This document shows, piece after piece, positions 25,613 through 37,987 of a stretch of DNA of 64,000 nt. The notes under the pieces are model-generated. The model was not told the origin of the DNA. It did no database searches and saw nothing but the letters and a program-made list of their open reading frames with translations. The position numbers and the translations under genes were made by a program. The stretch spans positions 98,084,001-98,148,000 of the forward strand of contig OX597819.1 in the NCBI GenBank assembly GCA_951406725.2. The letters run 5' to 3'. Source of the DNA: Octopus vulgaris (Eukaryota). The first letter of the stretch is position 1. Every line of letters begins with the position of its first letter.

Positions 25613-25900
25613 GAAGGCGCATGGCTCAGTGGTTAGAGCGTCGAGCTTACGATCGTGAGGTTGTGAGTTCGAATCCCGGACTGCGTGTTGTGTTCTCGAG
25701 CAAGACACTTTATTTCACGTTGCTTCAGTTCATTCAGCTGTAGAAATGAGTTGCGACGTCACAGGTGCCAAGCTGTATCTGCTGTTACCTTTCTCTTGGA
25801 TAACACTGGTGGCGTGGAGAGGGGAGGCCGGTATGCATAAACAACCTTGTCCGGACTTGTGCCTGGGAAGGTAACTTTCTAGGTGAAATCTTACGGTCAT
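25613..25900 (+). mobile_element. tRNA-derived SINE family C
   Basis: TGGCTCAGTGG A box, GAGTTCGAATCC B box, GAGCAAGACACTTT core; relatives at 38373, 46668, 63084. Confidence 0.8.
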
Positions 25901-26136
25901 ATATGTAGTCTTTGTATTTGGTTTGCAAAACTCTTGATGTGACATCGTGATGCGAACAACAACGAAAGAACCTTCACGGACAAAAAAAAACCACTGGTTG
26001 ATTTTTTAACCAACATGTTAGACAAACAATCGATTAGATGGTTAGATACTTAACCATTGACTAATAATGAAGAAGTGGAATTGAACATGTGAGTGTGTTA
26101 TTATTACTGGCGTAATGACTCTCTCAATACACACAC

Positions 26137-26171
<35 letters not shown>

Positions 26172-26178
26172 GATATAG

Positions 26179-26260
<82 letters not shown>

Positions 26261-26470
26261 ATAGATAGGTTTAGGACACAGAACCACCTTCAAGCAACTC
26301 AATCATATATTAAATTATATAATTTAACATATAATTTAATATATGATTCAGAATAATAATGTAGATATTAATTTTGATAAAATTTAGTCTTATGTATCTC
26401 TGTCATCGATAATGTCGTTCAATGTTGACTGAGTTGCTTGAAGGTGGTTCTGTCTCTTAAACCTATCTAT
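26261..26470. repeat. Nested foldback: outer arms about 40 bp, inner 20-bp palindrome arms
   Basis: ATAGATAGGTTTAGGACACAGAACCACCTTCAAGCAACTCA and its reverse complement; inner AATCATATATTAAATTATAT pair. Confidence 0.85.
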
Positions 26471-26566
26471 ATATGTGTGTATAATACAGCGAGAAATTCA
26501 TTTTAGTACCGCTAAATTGAATTACTCTCCCCTGTGAACTCGGAAATAACTTCTCTAATATTAATA

Positions 26567-26607
<41 letters not shown>

Positions 26608-26723
26608 ATATAGGGTAAAAAATTATTAATTTATAATTGATAAATTTCACCAAGTAGTTTCGGTATGGAAAGGTCCCACATTCGGTAAAAACTTATACAA
26701 GAAGTTTTATATATTATTATAAC

Positions 26724-26796
26724 AATAATTAAGGGTTTAGCAACAAGTAGCTTTCGGTATGTGGTTAAGCTACTTGTTGCTAAACCCTTAATTATT
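26724..26796. repeat. Perfect hairpin with 30-bp arms
   Basis: AATAATTAAGGGTTTAGCAACAAGTAGCTT / AAGCTACTTGTTGCTAAACCCTTAATTATT. Confidence 0.95.
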
Positions 26797-26800
26797 CTTA

Positions 26801-26842
<42 letters not shown>

Positions 26843-26843
<1 letters not shown>

Positions 26844-27043
26844 GAAAAGTTCCTGGCTTTAAGGATATGGCAAAAAGCCTGGCTGGAGGCATAACTTTTC
26901 GAGTTCTTTTATTTAGAAAAACTGAAGGACCGCTGCAATAAGTGTGTGAATGTGAGAGGGGACTATGTTGAGTAAAATCATAATTAACTGATCCCCCTGT
27001 ATTTTCTTTTACCCAAAGCCAGGAACTTTTCAACACCCCCTCG
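26843..27043 (+). mobile_element. Mariner deletion derivative (MITE)
   Basis: GAAAAGTTCCTGGCTTT / AAAGCCAGGAACTTTTC TIRs with TA flanks; retains the transposase C-terminus DRCNKCVNVRGDYVE*. Confidence 0.85.
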
Positions 27044-27814
27044 TATATATGGAAGTTTGGTTACTAGTTTCGCTCCCTGTCTCGTTGACACCATCTTAAT
27101 ACGAAAAATTTTGTCAATATGCAAATATCAATAGTATTCATGAGTAACAGAGGAGAAAGAGAGATCATTAATATGCCGGTTTTTGGTTCGGAAAACAAGT
27201 TTTCCCGCGCTAAGCTATCAAATTCAGACTTGGGAGGTGCGAGAAATTTTCATCCCTATATCGGTTTGAAATGTTTCACCAGTGTAGATTTTTAGACCGC
27301 CAAGAGTGCACACATCTTGTAAAACTTAAAACATAAGCACTTATTTGAAAAATTAATTCTTGGATTTAGTGACAAAATAAACACTGTCTACTTGATAAAG
27401 GCCCTGGTGGGATTAAACAACAATCATATGAGTTGAAATCAACACTACATGATTATGAAAGACTCCAGTCCATCTAGCTGTAAATAGATACCAATAATAG
27501 GATATTTTACAGGATTATGAAAGACTCTGCAGTTTTAGTAGGGCACCTCTTCTAATAATGGTGAATACATCTTATTTAGAGGTATCTATTTACAGTTAGA
27601 TGCACTGAAGTGTTTCAGAATTAAGTGTTTTGAACATTACTTAGCTATATAGAGTAACAACCAATGATCTATCTATTGGGTGTCCAATACTTTATCCATT
27701 CGCTCACACACCATTCATTCTCTACAGAACAATTGCCCAATAATATTAAATTATTCTTGGTTCACAGATTTTGTAGAGTTTATGTATGAATACAGTTTCC
27801 GAAATATTAGTTTC

Positions 27815-27985
27815 GTATTTTGGCAGAAGGCCAGCAAATTCGGGGGCGGGGGAGGTAAACCGACCCCAAGGGAATGAAAGGCAAAATTGACTCCGACAGC
27901 ATTTGAATTCAGAACGTAAAACGGACGAAATAACACTAAGCATTTTGCCCGGCGTGCTTAACGATTCTGCCAGCTCGCTACCTTC
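27815..27985 (-). mobile_element. SINE family B
   Basis: Family head and core, internally deleted. Confidence 0.75.
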
Positions 27986-28666
27986 AATTACTTAAATATT
28001 AATGAGATAAATTTCCCCCTGGCTAGAGCGCTAGTTTAATACAAGTATTTTGTTCTACTCTATGGACTGCAGCACAAAAAACATTACTATATCTGGGACA
28101 GGTCAGTATATCAGGAACAAGTACGGACTCACCATCTTTGAATTGGTAGTCTACAATATGTTCCTGTCAAGTATTTTTTAATAAGCTTCATTACGTAAGT
28201 ACTATCTCAAGAGACACCTTAAAAAATATATATATAAATAAAAGACAGCCCCTTATATATAAGCCTCTTTTCTAACCTTTGCAATGCGTACAAGTGATCA
28301 TTTAAGGTATATTTAGCCCTCCTTCAATATTTGGAATGGTGTCAACTATAAATATTTCTGTTTACATTCAGATTCAACTTTCCCAGCTTCTATGTATTCA
28401 CCGTGAACTCTGATGTCAGGGGTGCCACACACACAGGGACAGGTAACACGGCAGTTTGAAACATGATACACTCTATAAACTAAATACGTTGTATGTCTTT
28501 AGATAATAGAATTTAGCGATAGGTACGTGAAATTGGTAAATATTCCCCGTAATGTATGCAAACACGAATACATCACCTGAATATAGTAGATATTCACACA
28601 AGGACTCACAACGTAGTTTACATGAGCACATGACACAGCACATCTAAGCATGTATAAATATATATA

Positions 28667-28738
<72 letters not shown>

Positions 28739-29552
28739 AGCATTGTATTTTGACGTTAAGACATACATTATACGTGTATTTATGCACAAATACGTAAATA
28801 TGTTTAAATACATATAAACATATATAGATAAATATATAGAAACACGTCGATTGTCTACGTGAAAATTTATTAATAAGAACGCTGTTATGCTTCAAATTAT
28901 TACATACACATATACACTCCTACACACACAAACACAAAACAGCACACACTCATACAAATACATACACCATTACACATACGTGCACGAACAAAAACACACA
29001 TATACACGCAAGAACGCACGCACACACAAACACAAACATACGCACACACACAAATATAAGCTCGTGTAATAACCCAGTAAAAACATAATAAACACGATTA
29101 TGGTCCAGTTGCATGTCTTTACGTCATGTAAAAATCCTATATGAACTGTGTTAATCAGTTTGTCTGGCATCTCTGTCAGCCTAATAAAATAATTGGTCAA
29201 TCAGGTGGAAAGTAGGGGTTTCTGGGGTCATTTTAAAACAATTCCTGATAAATAAGCTGTACATTCTGAGGCAAGACAACACCAGAACAAATGTAATGGC
29301 TAGACCATGGGAAGATCATTTCTATCTTACATTCAAGTTTATTTGGTTTTCAGGATTCGGTTACCTTTTGATGGTGTCACAAGCACTAGTTGACAAAATG
29401 TTAGTCCTCTATTTTGTTACAAAGAACAAAAAAATATTTGTTAAAACGTAGAGATTATTCAAATATGAATTCTAAAGTTTACCAATCCAAGGAAGGGAGG
29501 ATTGTTGGAAATGTTACAACGATAAGCTGAACTGGATACCTTGTGGTATTGA

Positions 29553-29718
29553 CAGGGCCGTCTTACAAGCATTGTAAGCCCCCAATCAAATCAATGTACT
29601 GGGCCCTGTAGTATCTATTTATTGACACGACACAGCATACATATATTTGAATAGGGTCCCTAGATCGACAGGGCTCCTGAGCAAATATCCAGTGTGCCCA
29701 TGCCTTAAGACGGTTCTG
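29553..29718. mobile_element. hAT-type MITE
   Basis: TIRs CAGGGCCGTCTTA / TAAGACGGTTCTG; 8-bp flanks GGTATTGA / GGTATAGC. Confidence 0.65.
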
Positions 29719-30320
29719 GGTATAGCTTCCGATTCGCTGTGCTCTGACAGCCTGCAACAACACTGGTGCCAAACTGTGTCAGTCCCCAGGTGGCAGTTTT
29801 TCAATTGAATCACATCGCTAGCATAGAGAGGGGAAACTTCCTTGCTATGGGCCACAAAACAGAAAAACTTTACCCAGGTTAAGATATATATATGCAGATG
29901 CACATGCAGATGCACATGCAGATATATTTTCAGCTGTGACCAACGGACGACCCAGAAGCTCTACATATTGGTATTTAAAGGAGATAAGGAACTATTAACA
30001 AACATAGAGCGTGTCTTTTTATTGAATACCAACAGGGAAAAATGTATGTCGGCGCTGATTAGGAAAACAATATTATTTAAAATTCATGAGAATTACAGAA
30101 GAGGCTACATTCAAACAACATCAAGAAGAAATTTATATATATATAAATGAATTATCCTTTGCTTGCCTTTAACATGGAAAATTCTATAAACAAAATTCAA
30201 AGCAAGTAACAAGGATGTAGCGACCTATTCAAAGGTAGAAACTCCGGGTTAATGTGCAGTAATTTGTGTAGTATAAGTAAATAAATGGAGTTGAACGCAG
30301 ATGCTATTCAAATTCTTTTA

Positions 30321-30403
30321 CTTTCGACATATGTTTCGAAGACAACATTGGTTTTATTCCAAAGGAATAAACGGTGTAAAATGCAATCTTCTCATCAGGA
30401 AAG
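30321..30403 (-). ncRNA. Type-I hammerhead ribozyme, canonical core
   Basis: Minus strand CTTTC-CTGATGA-GAAGA..TCTTC-GAAA-CATATG-TC-GAAAG; helices I and II have 5 perfect bp, helix III is the palindrome ACATATGT, GUC site cleaving between 30326 and 30325. Confidence 0.88.
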
Positions 30404-30677
30404 AAAGAGAGCCTATCTCAACAACAAGACATTATAACAATTTTGATGACTGCATAAATGATAAACAGAATGTTATTAATTATTTTTAAAAAAACCGTTA
30501 CTAGATTCGACGTCAAAGGCAGACACTAGGAAGAGAAGGGGTAAAGAAATAATAAGTAGAGAACAAATAAAGATGGATATATTGGTTGAAAAAATGTTCA
30601 AAGGCTTGGAAGTAGATTTCTCTATTGAAGTAAAGTGCAAGTTGAACTGATTGTTCAAACTATTAACACTGATAAAA

Positions 30678-31001
30678 TCACTTGTATGAGCTAAAGGTAT
30701 GTTTCTGCCAGTGCTTACATTTGTAAGATCGCTCTATGAGTGTGTTAACAAGGTGATTCTTAGACAAGAGAATATGGAAGAGTTCAGAGTTGCAAATGTT
30801 ACAAAATCCTTTGCCCTTATCATAAGGAAAAGATATGGACAGGATGAACCAATCTAACTTAAAACCCTTATTGTTGTCTTTAAGATACCAAACCAATTTA
30901 CTTAGCCCTGTGCTATGACGTTTACTGCTATCCCTAAATTAAGAATAATGATTGGAAATTCTCTTAGATAACTGGGAAGAGGATGCGCCAATGTAGAAGT
31001 A

Positions 31002-31004
<3 letters not shown>
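30678..31004 (-). pseudogene. PLE GIY-YIG endonuclease fragment
   Basis: VYFYIGASSSQLSKRISNHYS*FRDSSKRHSTGLSKLVWYLKD..W..PY..CNICNSE..N..CKH: YIG, catalytic R, H, E and N, and CxxC/CxH; one in-frame stop. Confidence 0.8.
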
Positions 31005-31039
<35 letters not shown>

Positions 31040-31088
31040 AACACACACACACGCACACACATACACACATACGTACACACTCATATAT

Positions 31089-31448
31089 ACTTTATTATTA
31101 AAGCTGCAAAAAAACTCATATAAATATCACAAAAGTTTTTGCGATGTTTTTATGATGTTTTTACAGCTTTAATAATAAAGCATATTCTTTTCTACTCTAG
31201 GCACAAGCACCGAAATTTTGGGGGAAGGGGCCAGTCGATTAGATCGACGTCAGTACGCAACTGGTACTTAATTTATCGACCCCGATAAGATGAAAGGCAA
31301 AGTTGACCTCGGGGGAAATTTGAACTCAGAAAGTAACGACAGACGAAATACCACAAAGCATTTCGCCCAACGTGCTAACATTTCTGCCAGCTCACCGCCT
31401 AAAACATTACTCCACCTCCGGTATTCGAGTACTATTTTTTCCACATTG
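31089..31448 (+). mobile_element. Foldback cassette of the same family as 53783-53950, interrupted by SINE family B (31187-31400, minus)
   Basis: Hairpin 31089-31180; tail AATAAAGCATATT..[SINE]..ATTACTCCACCTCCGGTATTCGAGTACT matches 53872-53910. Confidence 0.75.
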
Positions 31449-31641
31449 TTATATATACATATATACATACTTGGAAATGGATGTGTGGCGTTCAATTAAA
31501 TAAAAATAATAAATAATACACACACACATGTATGCGTGTATAGTGGTGCTCCAGCATGACCACGGCCGCATGGCTGAAACAAGAAAAAGAGAGTATATAT
31601 GTATATATAGTTTTTTTTTATTAAACGTGAAATTGAGTTTC

Positions 31642-31684
31642 TCTTGCGACACGAGTTTCACGTGACTGTGATCATCAGGCGAAA
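31642..31684 (-). ncRNA. Compact hammerhead-like motif
   Basis: Minus strand TTTCGC-CTGATGA-TCACAGTCACGT-GAAA-CTCGTG-TC-GCAAGA; full core, weak helix II, helix I with one mismatch. Confidence 0.6.
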
Positions 31685-31809
31685 CATGCAGGCATACATA
31701 CATACATACATACATACATACATACATACATACATACATACATACATACATACAAGCATACATATATGGGTGTAGGTGATGTGCGTGAGCATATATACAT
31801 ACATATACA

Positions 31810-31854
<45 letters not shown>

Positions 31855-31904
31855 CATTATTATTATTATTATCATTATTATTATTATTATTATTATCATT
31901 ATCA

Positions 31905-31968
<64 letters not shown>

Positions 31969-32131
31969 GAAAATTATAACCTATATAATTTTTTTCTTCC
32001 CATGCTGCCACTTGATTTGATCGTTATTTAAAATATCGATCTTATTATTTATATAGAAATTATATATGTGTGTGTATATGTATAATATATATGTACATAT
32101 ATATATATATGTATATAATATATATAATATC

Positions 32132-32200
<69 letters not shown>

Positions 32201-32244
32201 GAAAAAAGATTAGAGATCTATACAAATCAATTGTTTATATATAA

Positions 32245-32584
32245 AAGATGGAGGTGGAAATAGCACAGAAGTAAGTTTAAGACATTTCAATTTAAGAGGG
32301 AATTTAATAAAAAAAATTATATAAAGAAAATATTCCCGGTTTCGATGTATCTCATCTTATCAAATATCAGTAAAAATTTACAAAAATTTGAAGTAAAAAC
32401 AGTTTATTTTATGTAGAGAGAAAATAAACTCTTTTTACTTCAAAATTTAAACATTTTTTACTGATATTTGATAAGATGAGATACATCGAAACCGGTAATA
32501 TTTTCTTTATATAATTTTTTATTAAATTCCCTTTTAAATTGAAATGTCTTAGACTTATTTCTGTGCTATTTCCACCACCATCTT
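32245..32584. repeat. Large foldback, roughly 165-bp arms and 10-nt loop, with a hammerhead-like motif in each arm
   Basis: Arms pair along their whole length; right arm AAGATGA-GATACATC-GAAA-CCGG-TA at 32473-32497. Confidence 0.9.
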
Positions 32585-32624
32585 ATATATATATATATAT
32601 ATATAAATATATATATAAGATGGT

Positions 32625-32725
<101 letters not shown>

Positions 32726-32737
32726 TAATAATAATAA

Positions 32738-33304
32738 CCAGGCAGTGGCTCTCATGGCTTCTGACCAGGCAGTGGCTCTCATGGCTTCTGATCTTAACTG
32801 ATTGGAAGTGTTATCATGTACATTGTTTTGTCTTGGTATAAAAGATGGGCTACAGCAAATATTCTGCTCAATACCACAGATTTGCTTGTCAGTTGTTTGA
32901 CCTTAACCAGTTGAGCATGTCCCTTAGTGGCTGACGATATGTGCATCTCTGATCACGAGCAGAAGTAGTGGGGGAGCATCATAGCCATGTGTTGAGAGGG
33001 ATTCTTTGGGGTTTGAATAATTCACCTCTGGAAACATGGGTGGTTCTTTCAACATCCTTAAACAACCCTTATTCAGGGACCTTTTGAGCGGGATGGGCTA
33101 CTCAACCTGAAGAAAATTCTAACTGGGCCCCACCTGCAAGGTCATGTGCTGTTTATCTTGATATGAGATCACCATGTCGCGCACATATGGTTGTGATGCA
33201 TGTGCCTGGTGTACCTTTATCAGACGGGTAGTCATGATGGGTATATTGGGCTTCGTATATTTTACCCCAGTGTCACTTTGATGGCATGCACTGCTCTCTC
33301 ACTC
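32738..33304 (+). mobile_element. Non-coding retroelement 3' region embedded in (TAA)n, probably R4/Dong-related
   Basis: Complex 567-bp sequence flanked on both sides by long (TAA)n; 27-bp duplication at its left end; family assignment is inference. Confidence 0.5.
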
Positions 33305-33386
<82 letters not shown>

Positions 33387-33509
33387 GGGAGATATAGTTA
33401 TATGTTTTATTTGTTATTTATATTTTGGTTTATGTCTATCACTGTTTGAGTTGCATAATAGTGGTTTTATCTCTAATTTATATATATATATATATATATA
33501 TACATGCTA

Positions 33510-33554
<45 letters not shown>

Positions 33555-33680
33555 CATACATACATACATACATACATACATACATACATACATACATACA
33601 TACATACATACATACATACATACATACATACATACATACGTATAATTTAATAAATGACAAGGGAATAGCAACCATATTCA

Positions 33681-33770
33681 TTAGTTCCGAAGAAGCTCTA
33701 AGATGATACACAAGTATTCTGCTCTGATACATGGCATCTTATAGCAGAAACAACTAATTAAGTTGATTAC
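33681..33770 (+). ncRNA. Degenerate hammerhead-like motif with long helix II
   Basis: TTAGTT-CCGAAGA-A-GCTCTAAGATG..CATCTTATAGC-A-GAAA-CAACTAA; lies within inverted arms AATGACAAGGGAA / TTCCCTTGTCATT. Confidence 0.4.
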
Positions 33771-33901
33771 CTACTTCTTGTTCCCTTGTCATTATTTAAT
33801 TTCGTATTGCTGTCTGTACACACTTAATGCTTTGTTCTGAAGCGTATGTAAATCGAGTTCGAACACCAGGTTGTTAGTATCGCTAGGCCTAAACTAAGAT
33901 C

Positions 33902-33966
<65 letters not shown>

Positions 33967-33979
33967 GCACGCGCACACA

Positions 33980-34082
33980 AGGAAAAGTTTGCAACGACTT
34001 CGAAGTTTCAGATTTTTGACCATGATCAGGTTTCTTTATGACGGTAAGTAGAAAATTCGAAGTCACTATCAACCGTTTCCTT
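33980..34082. ncRNA. Back-to-back degenerate hammerhead-like pair in a foldback
   Basis: Minus: CTGATCA..GAAA-CTTCGAAG-TC; plus: ATGACGG..GAAA-ATTCGAAG-TC. Confidence 0.5.
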
Positions 34083-35176
34083 ATAAAAGCAAATATGGGA
34101 CTCTACTGAAAAATACTGAGTGATTCTTCAGTTTGATGTTTGTTTCCGTATATATTAGGGTATATAAAAACAGGCGCATTCAAACAAGCATATATGTATG
34201 CGTGTGTATATATGTATGCATGCATGTATATATGCCTGTATGTTATATATGTGTGTGTGTCGTCAACGAAATTCAGCATGTTTATTTACATATACATGTC
34301 TACATGTTTGTATACAGGTGCTAACATTTTCATACATGTACACATGTATCTTTATGCATAAGTCTGTATACATAAGTGCCTATATGCACATCTGGTTGTA
34401 TATATGTTCATAATGTAGTCTCCTCCTCTTCCTCTCTCTCTCTCTCTCTCTCTCTCACGCTCTGACTTTCTGCAAATGTGCCTCCCCTTAATCTCTCAAT
34501 CACTCCCCCTTCCACACTTTCTCTTATTCACACTCTCTGTTCTCCTGACACCACCACTCTGCTTCACATCTTTATACCCCAACTCTGATCTATTCTTACA
34601 TCACCCCTCCGCCTTCTCTGACTAGCAAGCTCACTCATTATTTTCCTCAAACCTCCACTATTTCTAGAACCATCTTCTCATTGCATGCACGTGTATGTAT
34701 ATAGAACTACATAAATGCACACACACATACACACACATATATATACACATATATTTTATATACATATATACACATATATATATACATACATATATATGAA
34801 TGTTTGCTGATGTTTTGCGTGGTTATATATTAGTACTTATGTATCTATGTTAAAGTATATAGATATACACATGTGTGTGTGTGTGTATAAAACCATGTAT
34901 GTATGCATGCATATTTTATGAATACATATAGACACATCTATTTGTGTGTATACACATATATACATATGTATATATATTTGATATATATGTATATATATAT
35001 ATATATATATGTATATGTATATATATATATTATACACACACATTTGTGCATATATATGCTTATGTATATACAGATCATAGTGTGTGCGTATGTGATGGGG
35101 TGATGAGAAACTACGCACTTATACACTTCTATCTACCTCAGGTGTATGTGTGCAAGCGGCAGCGTGCGTTTGTGTG

Positions 35177-35275
<99 letters not shown>

Positions 35276-35635
35276 ATGTCTAAGTGTGCATGTGTATGTA
35301 TGTGTGGGGTACCCAATCTCTTGATGAAATATACATATGTTAGTCAACGAGAAAATGATGACCAGAAAGACAGATGGATTCAGCTTAAGGGATAGTTGTG
35401 TTGGTCACGGCTGGTGAGTGCTGTCACCCCCGGGTGCAACTAAACTGCACTGTCAGTATTAACTACTCGATTCACTGATTCATTAGTCTAGCCTCACCGA
35501 CTAATCGGCGATTCAAGCGTTTGTTTCGGCTATCACAGCCGACATTTTGACAAATAGCCACCTATTATCTGTACACAGGCAAACACACACACGCACGCAC
35601 ACACACACACACATACACACACACACACACACACG

Positions 35636-35669
<34 letters not shown>

Positions 35670-35727
35670 AACAAACATCTATTTATGCATGTATCTAGTA
35701 CGTATGTATGTTATATTTACAGACATG

Positions 35728-35774
<47 letters not shown>

Positions 35775-35884
35775 CTATATATATATATATATATCTATAT
35801 ATCTATATCTATATCTATATATATATGTATCTATATATATATCTATATATCTATATCTATATCTATATATATCTATATATATGC

Positions 35885-35931
<47 letters not shown>

Positions 35932-36247
35932 TCTATACACACATTTTCACGCGCACGCGCTTGTCTGTATTTGTGTACAAAAGTGAGTCTATTTGTGTGC
36001 GTGAATGTGTGTTCGAATTATATTCATTCACATACATATACACACACTAAATCAGTGTTAGTAAATAACATTTGATTATCAATGGAATATATATATATAT
36101 ATGTATACATACATATATACATATGTGTGTGTATGTATGTGTAAATATGTGTCTATGTATGCATACATATATGTATTGTTTATATATAATGAATTTCATA
36201 TTTCTGTATATATTCAAATACATGCTTAGATCTTAATGCTCCAACAA

Positions 36248-36302
<55 letters not shown>

Positions 36303-36317
36303 CATACATACATACAT

Positions 36318-36383
<66 letters not shown>

Positions 36384-36633
36384 GTATGTATTTATATATA
36401 TATATGTATACACACACACACGCACACAGAGTAGGAGAAAGAGAGATAGATAGATGTGTGTGTCAGTGAGTAACTGTTTGTTGGTGTATGATAATAATTT
36501 CCTAAATATATTTCTAATAGCAATTTAATATATAGTGTATACATACCAACGTATTCACATGCTCGTATATTCCCATTTGTACATGTATACGCGTGGAGAT
36601 GAATGCATACATACATTCATACACACATACATG

Positions 36634-36677
<44 letters not shown>

Positions 36678-36739
36678 GTATATTTATGTATATATGACGT
36701 TTGTTTGAAACTAATATTAAATAGACATTAAGATGTCAT

Positions 36740-36807
<68 letters not shown>

Positions 36808-37074
36808 TGTATGTATATATATAAACATACTCGTACACAGATGCACATACACTCGTCGACACACGCATACGCGTACACACGCACACACATACACACACAT
36901 ACACAAACGTTTGTGCTGAAAATTTATTCGCTTAGACAAGTGAACATATACAACTCACATTACACTCAGAGACAAATTAATGGAAGTGAAAAAGGAGACA
37001 AAGGGAGGGCGGGAGGGGGGAAAGAGAGTTAGTGAGTTAGAATTGTCGCATTATAAGGTAAACCATATTAAAAC

Positions 37075-37130
<56 letters not shown>

Positions 37131-37693
37131 CACATCACATAATGACATTATATTATTACATTATGACATTAACCGTGTATTTAGGCGTAAATTAATATTT
37201 TGGATAAACATTGACTAATTAATAGACGGATATCATAATTAGTGATTTTCATCATCATCATCGTCGTTATCATGTCTAAACAGTTTCATGCAAATTTCCA
37301 CTGCATCACCAGTTGCAACTCTGTGTTTCTGAAATGTGTGCATCATTGCCTCCTGTATTTTCTTTTACCCAAAACCAAGAACTTTTCTAGTATGATCTTG
37401 GGCCTCTGGGGCTCCTTGGTAGAATAAATGTAATGAGTTGTGTTATTTTGTTGGGCGATGTTTGTGTTTTGCATGTATTATATGGTATTTGTAGAGCACG
37501 TGTGAGTTTTATTGTCTTTTTGGGGGTAGTTTTTATGCTTGGTATTTATGTGGGTACTGTAGAGCAGCGTTACCCAACGTCTTTTGCACTACAAATGGTT
37601 TCCTGCAAACAATTTTTCCACGTACCGGGGCGAGGAGGCGTCGAACTCATAACAAAAATGCAATAAAATGCATAATAGATAATTTAATTATTA

Positions 37694-37987
37694 CTAGCAG
37701 TATCGCCCGGCGTTGCTCGGGTTTGTAAGGGAAATAACTATATAAGCATTTTTAGAGTTATAGCCAAAAAATAGCAAAAAAATGCATTAAAAATGGAAAA
37801 AAATTATGGTAAATTTTTTTTTAAATTGTAGACTCATCATAGATGCACGCTAATACCCAGAAGGGCTCGATATAAATCACGACTATAAGATACCCGGTTT
37901 TGGTTAAACTGCACCGCAAAATGTGGGAGTAGTTAGGAATCTAAATCGTAGGAGACAGACACACAACTTGACTTTTATATATAAAGA
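37694..37987 (-). mobile_element. Non-autonomous Helitron, short variant
   Basis: Minus strand 5' TC, 3' hairpin CCCGAGCAACGCCGGG then CTAG, inserted at A|T; homologous to 51665-52178. Confidence 0.85.

Larger units (their letters stand above)
29920..31004 (-). mobile_element. 5'-truncated Penelope-like element: GIY-YIG C-terminus plus pLTR with hammerhead
   Basis: GIY-YIG relic followed by about 750 bp of T-rich 3' region containing a canonical hammerhead; 5' end abuts (TA)n; 3' boundary approximate. Confidence 0.8.

Noticed and set aside
25613-25690. tRNA gene-like sequence (also 18326, 38373, 46668)
   Set aside because: A and B boxes run into SINE bodies without an acceptor stem or terminator, so these are SINE heads.
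30495-30522. Possible second hammerhead in the PLE 3' region (minus TTGACG-TC-GAATCTAGTA)
   Set aside because: No helix II and several core changes; too degenerate to call.
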